Source of the DNA: a virus
Direction: 5' to 3' (one strand)
Length of the DNA: 12,158 nucleotides
Virus genome (UHGV): UHGV-1877853
The position numbers and the translations under genes are program-made. Below the pieces are notes generated by a model that ran no database searches, was not told the DNA's origin, and saw only the letters and a list, made by a program, of their open reading frames with translations. Shown in pieces: positions 1 to 7,364 of this stretch. Each line of letters starts with the position of its first letter. The first letter of the stretch is position 1.

Positions 1-176
1 CTGGCGGCATTCAGGAGAAGGTTTTCCCACAGGGTGCGAAGATAAACATCTTTCGACCATGACTGTTTCAGAATGCTCCGGTACAACGGAATGTAACCAG
101 TTTTCTGGTTCTCCATCCTGTTGCTCCTGCGCTCGTGTGCGGCGCTGAAATCGTAGATTTTTGCTGTATTGCTCAT
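1..176 (-). CDS. Replication initiator O-like protein, N-terminal fragment (continues beyond window start)
   Basis: Minus-strand ATG at 176 immediately downstream of the cII-like stop; translation MSNTAKIYDFSAAHERR... resembles the lambda O N-terminus (MTNTAKI...) and sits in the O position after cII. Partial; not in the ORF track because it runs off the window. Confidence 0.5.
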   Translation of the reverse strand, partial: MSNTAKIYDFSAAHERRSNRMENQKTGYIPLYRSILKQSWSKDVYLRTLWENLLLNAA

Positions 177-178
177 AA

Positions 179-556
179 CTACCTGCCTTGACGAAAGACC
201 TTAAGAACATCGTTAAACTGACTTACGGATATGTCTTCTTTGAGCAGCTTTTCCAGAAATGCGTTTGGAATGAACGTATATCCATCCTCTTTTGGTAGAG
301 ACGGGAGCAACGCCCTCGCCTCAGCCTTCAGAAGCTCAGTTCTGGCAACTTTCACAAAAGAGATTTGAGTTCTTTCATCAATGGAACGAGCAAGCAGCAT
401 TGAGACCTTTGGAATCCAGTCCCTCTTCCACCTGCTGATCTGCGACTTATCAACTCCCACAGCTTCCGCTGTCTTCTCAGTTCCAAGCATTGCGATTTTG
501 TTAAGCAACGCACTCTCGATTCGTAGAGCCTCGTTGCGTTTGTTTGCACGAACCAT
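179..556 (-). CDS. cII: CII-like transcriptional activator with a non-lambda C-terminal region
   Basis: From MVRANKRNEALRIESALLNKIAMLGTEKTAEAVGVDKSQISRWKRDWIPK the first ~50 residues match lambda CII as recalled; after ...SMLLA the sequence diverges and runs 70 more codons to a TAG at 179..181. Start chosen at the ATG at 556 (MVRANK), not the upstream in-frame ATG at 616. Confidence 0.65.
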   Translation of the reverse strand: MVRANKRNEALRIESALLNKIAMLGTEKTAEAVGVDKSQISRWKRDWIPKVSMLLARSIDERTQISFVKVARTELLKAEARALLPSLPKEDGYTFIPNAFLEKLLKEDISVSQFNDVLKVFRQGR

Positions 557-635
557 ATGTAAGTATTTCCTTAGATAACAATTGATTGAATGTATGCAAA
601 TAAATGCATACACCATAGGTGTGGTTTAATTTGAT

Positions 636-667
636 GCCCTTTTTCAGGGCTGGGATGTGTAAGAGCG
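636..667 (-). promoter_or_regulatory. nutR: nutR (boxB hairpin 636..650, boxA 659..667) between cro and cII, with the tR1 region downstream on the minus strand
   Basis: Minus-strand reading gives CGCTCTTAC (boxA) followed by GCCCTGAAAAAGGGC (boxB dyad), matching lambda nutR as recalled. Confidence 0.75.
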
Positions 668-674
668 GGGTTAT

Positions 675-884
<210 letters not shown>

Positions 885-901
885 TTAGTACATGCAACTA
901 T

Positions 902-965
902 TATCACCGCTAGAGGTAAAATAGTCAACACGCACGGTGTTAGATATTTATCCCTTGCGGTGATA
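902..965. promoter_or_regulatory. Right operator OR1 (902..918), OR2 (926..942), OR3 (949..965) with divergent pR (toward cro) and pRM (toward cI)
   Basis: Three 17-bp lambda-type operator sites of TATCACCGC-type half-site symmetry between the divergent cro and cI starts; cI begins at ATG 976 with no obvious Shine-Dalgarno sequence (leaderless pRM arrangement). Confidence 0.85.
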
Positions 966-972
966 GATTTAA

Positions 973-1689
<717 letters not shown>

Positions 1690-1807
1690 CCACAATACAA
1701 CCTTGTTGTCGCAAAAAGATCGCATATGCGATTGTTTATTAGAAATAGAAATCGCCATATAGGCGAATAGTCGATCTCAGTGCATAACATAAGGAAATCA
1801 ATAACAT

Positions 1808-2713
1808 ATGCCAAATTTACCGATGGGCGGATCGCAGGGTGAATTACCCTTAGTACCTACAGTAGAAGTTGTTGCTGATGGCATTCCTATGGGGGTGCTT
1901 AATGATGGAACCCCTTATCTAACTCTTTACGGTTTAGCCAAATTATGTGGCATAGATGAAGCACCTCTTCGAATGTTTACATCTAACTGGGAGACTGAAA
2001 AAAATAAGCCAAGAGGACAAAAAGTAGCTGCATACTTAGCTGAGAAAGGATTTAACAACGTTGACCGACTGTATACCCGCGTCATAAATAGCTCAAACGT
2101 TGAAACACATGCTTATCCTGACTATGTTTGTATGGCTATCCTCCGTTACTACGCTCTAGATGCCACCAATTTTGATAGGTCAGTCGCAATAGGTAATTTT
2201 GTTCGCTTGGCTGAGTACACGCTTAAGCGAATGATTTATGAAAAGTCAAATTACAACCCAAATGCTTCAATAGATATCTCATTCGAGAACTATAGAGCAA
2301 GGATTAAGCTAAACGATCAGATACCGACAACTCATTTTGCAGTATTCAGAGAGATAGCTGACATTGCCATGAACCTGATCGGAGGAGGATTCCCAATGGA
2401 TGACACCACATCTTTGGATGGAAGTGTTGGAATTCACTGGGGAAAGTATTGGACAGCTAATGGCCTATCTGAGAAATTCGGGGAAAGGGTGCAGTACCCA
2501 CATCTATTCCCCGAAAATTACAGGCAGTCAGCTGCAAATAAGCATATAAAAGCTTGGATTTATCCTATTGAGGCACTTGGCGTGTTCAGAAAATGGCTAC
2601 ACGATAATTACGCAATGGAAAAACTGCCAAATTACCTTGGGAACAAAAAGATTAGTAATGCCTCCGAGCTATTAGAGTTGATAAAAAAACCAGCACTCCC
2701 AAATAAGCATTGA
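1808..2713 (+). CDS. Hypothetical 301-aa protein occupying the rexA/rexB slot; possible KilA-N/Bro-N-like N-terminal domain; candidate prophage-encoded exclusion/abortive-infection protein (BstA-like hypothesis)
   Basis: Long ORF on the cI strand with an AAGGAA ribosome-binding site 7-8 nt upstream, followed by an intrinsic terminator. The region is visibly AT-rich compared with flanking lambda-like DNA. The translation does not resemble RexA or RexB as recalled. Confidence 0.8.
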   Translation: MPNLPMGGSQGELPLVPTVEVVADGIPMGVLNDGTPYLTLYGLAKLCGIDEAPLRMFTSNWETEKNKPRGQKVAAYLAEKGFNNVDRLYTRVINSSNVETHAYPDYVCMAILRYYALDATNFDRSVAIGNFVRLAEYTLKRMIYEKSNYNPNASIDISFENYRARIKLNDQIPTTHFAVFREIADIAMNLIGGGFPMDDTTSLDGSVGIHWGKYWTANGLSEKFGERVQYPHLFPENYRQSAANKHIKAWIYPIEALGVFRKWLHDNYAMEKLPNYLGNKKISNASELLELIKKPALPNKH

Positions 2714-2725
2714 TCTCCACCACAA

Positions 2726-2750
2726 CCCGGCATCTGCGCCGGGTTTTCTT
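2726..2750 (+). terminator. Rho-independent terminator ending the cI-cargo transcription unit (tImm-like position)
   Basis: CCCGGC (2726..2731) / GCCGGG (2738..2743) stem with a 6-nt loop, followed by TTTTCTTT. Confidence 0.6.
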
Positions 2751-2892
2751 TGCCTAACGCCCCCAAAAAACACATAACCAATTGTATTTATTTTAAAATT
2801 AATAGATACAACTCGCTAAACATCGCAATTCATATCTCTCGATCACCTTCCCAATCCACACAACCCTGCAAAAAATAAATCTATATAAAAAA

Positions 2893-2964
2893 CATACAGA
2901 TAACCATCTGCGGTGATAAATTATCTCTGGCGGTGTTGACATGAATACCACTGGCGGTGATACT
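2893..2964 (+). promoter_or_regulatory. Left operator OL3 (2893..2909), OL2 (2922..2938), OL1 (2946..2962) and promoter pL (-35 TTGACA 2936..2941, -10 GATACT 2959..2964)
   Basis: Lambda-type operator sites readable in the DNA; 17-bp spacer between the -35 and -10 hexamers; oriented toward N. Confidence 0.85.
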
Positions 2965-3003
2965 AAGCACATCAGCAGGACGCACTGACCACCATGAAGG
3001 TGA

Positions 3004-3034
3004 TGCTCTTAAAAATTAAGCCCTGAAGAAGGGC
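3004..3034 (+). promoter_or_regulatory. nutL: nutL (boxA-like TGCTCTTAA 3004..3012; boxB GCCCTGAAGAAGGGC 3020..3034)
   Basis: boxB dyad matches lambda nutL as recalled; boxA differs at its first base from the remembered CGCTCTTAA. Confidence 0.75.
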
Positions 3035-3191
3035 AGCATTCAAAGCAGAAAGCTTTGGTGTGTGTGATACGAAACGAAGCATTGGCCGGAAGTGCGAATC
3101 CGGATTAGCTGCCAATGTGCCATTGCGGGGTGTTTTCGTTCAGGAATACGACTCCCACACACAACCAAAGCTAACTGACAGGAGAATCCTG

Positions 3192-3518
3192 ATGGATGCA
3201 CAAACACGCCGCCGCGAACGTCGCGCAGAGAAACAGGCTCAATGGAAAACAGCAAACCCCCTGTTGGTTGGGGTAAGCGCAAAACCAGTTAACCGCCCTA
3301 TTCTCTCGCTGAATCGCAAACCGAAATCACGAGTAGAAAGCGTACTGAATCCGATAGACCTTACAGTGCTGGCTGAATACCACGAACAGATTGAAAGCAA
3401 CCTGCAGCGTATTGAGCGCAAGAATCAGCGCACATGGTACAGCAAGCCACGCAGTGAAATGGGTGTGACTTGTGTTGGTCGCCAGAAAATGAAATTAGGC
3501 AGCAAACCACTTATTTGA
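3192..3518 (+). CDS. N: Antitermination protein N (lambda-like, C-terminal region diverged)
   Basis: Translation from MDAQTRRRERRAEKQAQWK... matches the lambda N arginine-rich N-terminus; GGAG ribosome-binding site upstream of ATG 3192. The track ORF 3060..3518 is an in-frame upstream extension through nutL. Confidence 0.9.
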   Translation: MDAQTRRRERRAEKQAQWKTANPLLVGVSAKPVNRPILSLNRKPKSRVESVLNPIDLTVLAEYHEQIESNLQRIERKNQRTWYSKPRSEMGVTCVGRQKMKLGSKPLI

Positions 3519-3529
3519 GAGGAATTAAT

Positions 3530-4153
3530 ATGTCATCAATCCGCTTAACTACGAGAATGAAAGAGGAAATCGCTCGTAACGCTTTAATTAAGTCTGGGGT
3601 TTTCACTGAACTTGAAGAAGTAACAAAGTTAAAGAACCAGCTTGCACTTGACGCCAGAGTTATTGCGTTTGGCGGGAAAAAGAAAACTGAGGAAGTTGAT
3701 CAGTTATCATCCAAGTTGGTAGCTATAAGTGAAGAACTTGAAAAGATGGGATGTTCATTTTACTCATACGATGTTCGTTCTACTTCAATTTATCTGACTG
3801 CATCTGGCAGAAGGATTGGATGGCATTCATATGGGAAAGACGGCAACGGCGAAGATATATTGCTCCCTACTCCGAACAAAGATAAATGCATGTTTAGCGC
3901 AGAACACGAAATAACAAAAAGGTTTGATGAAATCTGCGCATTGCAACAAAAACTTGAAGCCAAGAAAAAGGATATCGAATCAAATGTATGGGCTGCTTTG
4001 AACTCAGTCACAACAGTTAAGCGACTTATTGAGGTTTGGCCTGAAAGCAAAGAATTGCTACCAAAAGAAGCAGATAAAGCAAGTACAGCACTTCCTGCTT
4101 TACGGGTAGAAGATTTGAATAAGATGATTGGACTTCCTTCCGAGGCCGCATAG
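3530..4153 (+). CDS. Hypothetical 207-aa protein immediately downstream of N (ral/sieB slot)
   Basis: ATG 3530 with a GAGAGG ribosome-binding site that overlaps the N stop; AT-rich; followed by a hairpin and T-tract. No family recognised. Confidence 0.75.
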   Translation: MSSIRLTTRMKEEIARNALIKSGVFTELEEVTKLKNQLALDARVIAFGGKKKTEEVDQLSSKLVAISEELEKMGCSFYSYDVRSTSIYLTASGRRIGWHSYGKDGNGEDILLPTPNKDKCMFSAEHEITKRFDEICALQQKLEAKKKDIESNVWAALNSVTTVKRLIEVWPESKELLPKEADKASTALPALRVEDLNKMIGLPSEAA

Positions 4154-4168
4154 TCGGCCTTTATTTTT
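4143..4168 (+). terminator. Rho-independent terminator
   Basis: AGGCCG (4143..4148) / CGGCCT (4155..4160) stem, then TTATTTTT; the stop codon of the upstream gene lies in the loop. Confidence 0.55.
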
Positions 4169-4216
4169 GGCATAAACAACAGAATAAACACTGCACTGAA
4201 TTATTTGAGGTGAGAT

Positions 4217-4687
4217 ATGACAAAATCACGGAGCGTACCTTTTCCTGAATCAGAAACTGAACATAATGGAATGCCTGTTTTCTGGAGATTCCAAGCGACA
4301 GTTGAAGAAGATGGAATCAAAATATTCGCACTTCAATATATAGCTTTTCATCAGACAGAGCATTATGCATGGTTGGTTCCTGCGCATTGGATTGTTGATT
4401 TTAAACCAGCACCAAATCAGTGGTTACAGGAATGGAAACAAAGGAGAAATAGATATGCAATTAAGAAAGTAGCAAAAAATGCAGAAAGATCTTTTGCATT
4501 CCCAACGAAGAAACTTGCTATTGAAAGTTTATTGCGTCGGAAGAAATACCATTTAATGAGAATAAAACAAGATTTGGCTGTTGTATCAACTCTTGTTGAT
4601 GGGATGAAAAATATTGATACATCAATACCAGATATTGAATATAACTTTGGACACAACCAAGAAACAGAAAATTGGGTATTTTATTAG
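4217..4687 (+). CDS. Hypothetical 156-aa protein
   Basis: ATG 4217 preceded by a GAGGTGAG ribosome-binding site; AT-rich; followed by a hairpin at 4702..4729 and a terminator at 4791..4816. No family recognised. Confidence 0.7.
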   Translation: MTKSRSVPFPESETEHNGMPVFWRFQATVEEDGIKIFALQYIAFHQTEHYAWLVPAHWIVDFKPAPNQWLQEWKQRRNRYAIKKVAKNAERSFAFPTKKLAIESLLRRKKYHLMRIKQDLAVVSTLVDGMKNIDTSIPDIEYNFGHNQETENWVFY

Positions 4688-4790
4688 TACGAATAAGCAC
4701 TGTGTATTCATTCCAACGAGTGAATACACGGAGCAATGTCGCTCGTAACTAAACAGGAGCCGACTTGTTCTGATTATTGGAAATCTTCTT

Positions 4791-4816
4791 TGCCCTCCAG
4801 TGTGAGGGCGATTTTT
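4791..4816 (+). terminator. Rho-independent terminator
   Basis: GCCCTC (4791..4796) / GAGGGC (4803..4808) stem followed by a TTTTTT run. Confidence 0.5.
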
Positions 4817-4837
4817 TATCTATGAGGATATGAATAG

Positions 4838-5206
4838 ATGTCAAACATCAAAAAATACATCATTGATTACGACTGGAAAGCATCAATAGAAATTGAAATC
4901 GACCATGACGTAATGACAGAGGAAAAACTTCACCAGATTAATAATTTCTGGTCAGACTCTGAATACCGACTCAATAAACACGGCTCTGTATTAAATGCTG
5001 TATTAATCATGCTGGCGCAACATGCTCTGCTTATAGCAATTTCAAGCGACTTAAATGCATATGGTGTTGTGTGTGAGTTCGACTGGAATGATGGAAATGG
5101 TCAGGAAGGATGGCCTCCAATGGATGGTAGCGAAGGAATAAGAATTACCGATATCGATACATCAGGAATATTTGATTCAGATGATATGACTATCAAAGCC
5201 GCCTGA
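4838..5206 (+). CDS. Hypothetical small strongly acidic protein (122 aa)
   Basis: ATG 4838 with a GAGGA ribosome-binding site; by eye about 22 Asp/Glu against about 8 Lys/Arg; tightly followed by the next gene. Confidence 0.7.
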   Translation: MSNIKKYIIDYDWKASIEIEIDHDVMTEEKLHQINNFWSDSEYRLNKHGSVLNAVLIMLAQHALLIAISSDLNAYGVVCEFDWNDGNGQEGWPPMDGSEGIRITDIDTSGIFDSDDMTIKAA

Positions 5207-5240
5207 GAGCGTTTTTAAAGAATACAACGAAGGAGGATAT

Positions 5241-6209
5241 ATGAGTGAAGTAACAGATTTAGTTGTTATTGAAAAATCAAATGCAATGACTGTATTTCAG
5301 TCTGCCGACCAGATTGAAGAAATCCTTCAAAAGGTTGAACGTGAAGTTATGTCCTTTGTTCCTGATATCACAACGGCAAAGGGCAGGAAGGAGATCGCTT
5401 CTCTGGCGTATAAAGTTGCGCAGACGAAAACATATCTCGATGGTCTTGGCAAAGACCTTGTTGCTGAACTGAAGGAAATTCCAAAGCTAATTGATGCCAA
5501 CCGCAAGACAGTGCGTGATCGCCTTGATGAGCTGAAAGCCAAGGCACGCCAGCCTCTTACTGATTATGAGGAAGAACAGGCGCGGATTAAAGCCGAAGAA
5601 GAAGCTAAGGCAGCAGCTGAAGCTCTCGCAAAGCAAATTGAGTCTGACCATGAAATAGCTATTTTGATGGATCGCGAATTTGACCGCCAAAGAGAAGAGG
5701 CAAGACTCAAAGCGGAGCAGGAAAAGCGAGAGCATGAAGAACGCTTAAAAAGAGAAGCTGAAGAGAAAGCCAGAGCAGAAGCCGAAGCAAAGGCAAAAGC
5801 CGAAATTGAAGCAGCAGCAAGGCGAGAAGCAGAAGCTAAGGCCGCTGCGGAACGAGCAGAGCGTGAACGCATTGAAGCCGAGCAACGAGCACAGCGCGAA
5901 GCAAAAGAGGCAGCAGAACGAGCTGAAAGAGAAAAGCAGGCAGCAATTGAAGCAGAACGCAGAAAAGCACAGGAGGAGGCTGAACAAATCCGTCGCGATG
6001 CTGAAGCAAAAGAGCAAGCCAGAATAGCAGAAGAAAAAAGAATCAAGGACGAAGAAGAGCGTAGAGCAAAGGATAAAGCTCACCGGAAAGAAGTTAATAA
6101 CAAAATACTTGCTGACCTTATCAAGGTTGGCGCATCAGAAGATGTTGCTAAAAATATCATAACAGCCATCGTAAAAGGCGAAGTATTCGCAACAAAAATA
6201 ACCTACTAA
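5241..6209 (+). CDS. Hypothetical 322-aa protein with a globular N-terminal domain, a long E/R/K/A-rich predicted single alpha-helix or coiled coil, and a short C-terminal domain
   Basis: ATG 5241 with a GGAGGA ribosome-binding site; about 170 residues of EAKA/EREA-type repeats between residues ~110 and ~280. Confidence 0.75.
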   Translation: MSEVTDLVVIEKSNAMTVFQSADQIEEILQKVEREVMSFVPDITTAKGRKEIASLAYKVAQTKTYLDGLGKDLVAELKEIPKLIDANRKTVRDRLDELKAKARQPLTDYEEEQARIKAEEEAKAAAEALAKQIESDHEIAILMDREFDRQREEARLKAEQEKREHEERLKREAEEKARAEAEAKAKAEIEAAARREAEAKAAAERAERERIEAEQRAQREAKEAAERAEREKQAAIEAERRKAQEEAEQIRRDAEAKEQARIAEEKRIKDEEERRAKDKAHRKEVNNKILADLIKVGASEDVAKNIITAIVKGEVFATKITY

Positions 6210-6233
6210 TAAAACCAACATAAGGAACCACCC

Positions 6234-6365
6234 ATGATTTACGCAATCGCGGGAGGCGCTCGCATGGGTGCCTTCCAACTAAATGAATCTTTACTTGAAC
6301 GAATCACCCGTAAATTACGTGACGGATGGAAAAGAGTTGAGGTCTTATTATGCGCAATGAAATAG
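6234..6365 (+). CDS. cIII: CIII-like protein (FtsH inhibitor family)
   Basis: 43-aa ORF (under the 60-aa track cutoff) with an AAGGAA ribosome-binding site; central motif ESLLERITRKLRDGWKR matches lambda CIII as recalled. Confidence 0.75.
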   Translation: MIYAIAGGARMGAFQLNESLLERITRKLRDGWKRVEVLLCAMK

Positions 6366-6502
6366 CCATCAATCACCAGATGCTTCGTGCTGCACAGAAC
6401 AAAGCAGTAATAGCCAGATTTATTGGTGATTCCAAAATGTGGCTTGAAGCAAATAAAGCGATGAAATCAGCTATCAACCTTCCGTGGTATCGCAGGAAAT
6501 GA
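6350..6502 (+). CDS. kil: Kil-like small protein
   Basis: 50-aa ORF overlapping the cIII 3' end; the motif IARFIGDSKMW resembles the lambda Kil motif (IATFIGDEKMF) as recalled; position after cIII fits. Confidence 0.5.
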   Translation: MRNEIAINHQMLRAAQNKAVIARFIGDSKMWLEANKAMKSAINLPWYRRK

Positions 6503-6669
6503 GTTTCACAGATAACTGGTCAGACGAAGAATTCATTCGTCAGATGAAAGAATTAATCGGTAACGAAGGAGATATTCATGTCACTTGCAACCACAGTGAA
6601 GGAGAGCAAGTTACAGAGACGCATGTACACGCAGCAGGCGTTAATGTATCGCCAGAAGGGAGATCGTGA
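6499..6669 (+). CDS. Hypothetical small protein, translationally coupled to the kil-like gene (ATGA overlap)
   Basis: ATG 6499 overlaps the kil-like TGA stop; 56 aa; sits in the arf position of P22-type operons but the sequence was not recognised. Confidence 0.4.
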   Translation: MSFTDNWSDEEFIRQMKELIGNEGDIHVTCNHSEGEQVTETHVHAAGVNVSPEGRS

Positions 6670-6758
6670 AGGTGTGCGCGTATTTTTAAATGCGGCAAAG
6701 ACTGAAGTATTAAATCAGCGTTATTTCCTTGGGCCATGTCCATTCTGAGAACAAACAT

Positions 6759-7364
6759 ATGAGTAAAGAATTTTACGCAAGACTGGCAGCTATTCAGGAG
6801 AATCTGAACGCGCCAAAGAATCAGTACAACTCATTCGGTAAATATAAATACAGAAGCTGCGAAGACATTCTTGAAGGCGTTAAGCCGTTACTGAATGGCC
6901 TGTTTTTATCAATCAGCGATGAAGTTGTGTTGATTGGTGATCGGTATTACGTAAAAGCCACGGCAACTATTACCGATGGCGAAAACAGTCATACGGCAAC
7001 CGCTCTTGCACGAGAGGAAGAAAGCAAGAAAGGAATGGATTCTGCACAAGTTACTGGAGCTACAAGCTCTTATGCGCGCAAGTATTGCCTCAATGGTTTG
7101 TTCGGCATTGATGATGCGAAAGATGCAGATACCGACGAACATAAACATCAGCAGAACGCAGCAGCAAAGCAATCAAAACCATCACCTACACCTGAACAGG
7201 TTCTAAAAGCATTCACTGACGCAGCAATGCAAAAAAACACCGTGGAAGAGCTTAAACAGGCGTTCGCCAAAGCGTGGAAGATGCTCGAAGGAACACCGGA
7301 GCAGCACAAAGCGCAGGACGTTTACAACATCAGACGTGACGAATTAGAAGGAGCGTCTGCTTAA
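6759..7364 (+). CDS. erf: Erf single-strand annealing recombinase (P22 Erf family)
   Basis: Translation from MSKEFYARLAAIQENLNAPKNQYNSFGKYKYRSCEDILEG... matches P22 Erf as recalled; start at ATG 6759 rather than the upstream in-frame ATG 6729. Confidence 0.85.
   Translation: MSKEFYARLAAIQENLNAPKNQYNSFGKYKYRSCEDILEGVKPLLNGLFLSISDEVVLIGDRYYVKATATITDGENSHTATALAREEESKKGMDSAQVTGATSSYARKYCLNGLFGIDDAKDADTDEHKHQQNAAAKQSKPSPTPEQVLKAFTDAAMQKNTVEELKQAFAKAWKMLEGTPEQHKAQDVYNIRRDELEGASA

Noticed and set aside
381-578. 65-aa plus-strand ORF antisense to cII
   Set aside because: It lies entirely within the cII coding region on the opposite strand and has no ribosome-binding site; it is a chance ORF. An OOP-like antisense RNA is possible here, but I could not identify its promoter or terminator.
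557-616. Upstream in-frame extension of the cII ORF (track ORF 179..616 starting MVYAFICIHS...)
   Set aside because: The extension runs through the tR1/nutR leader. The conserved CII start MVRANK is at ATG 556, matching lambda; the upstream ATG is a chance in-frame codon.
1808-2713. Calling the cI-adjacent gene rexA/rexB
   Set aside because: The single 301-aa product does not resemble RexA (~279 aa) or RexB (~144 aa, membrane protein) as recalled, and there is one gene rather than two, so it is reported as a different cargo gene.
3060-3191. Upstream in-frame extension of the N ORF (track ORF 3060..3518)
   Set aside because: It covers the region just downstream of nutL. The recognisable N start MDAQTRRRERR with its ribosome-binding site is at 3192.
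3040-3421. Minus-strand ORFs antisense to N (3040..3282, 3239..3421)
   Set aside because: Antisense to a confidently identified gene, with no ribosome-binding site or recognisable product.
4702-4729. Hairpin GTGTATTCA / TGAATACAC as an intrinsic terminator
   Set aside because: It has a good 9-bp stem but no T-tract follows; the real terminator appears to be the downstream hairpin at 4791..4816. It is kept only as a possible RNA structural element.
5487-6083. Several long ORFs on both strands inside the 5241..6209 gene (5564..6046 -, 5745..6083 -, 5806..6027 +, 5487..5735 -)
   Set aside because: They are artefacts of the low-complexity GAA/GCA/AAG repeat DNA that encodes the E/R/K/A-rich helix; their translations are Ser/Ala/Cys/Phe-rich nonsense without start signals.
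6729-6758. Upstream start for erf (MGHVHSENKH...)
   Set aside because: P22-type Erf begins MSKEFYARL, and the ATG at 6729 has no ribosome-binding site.
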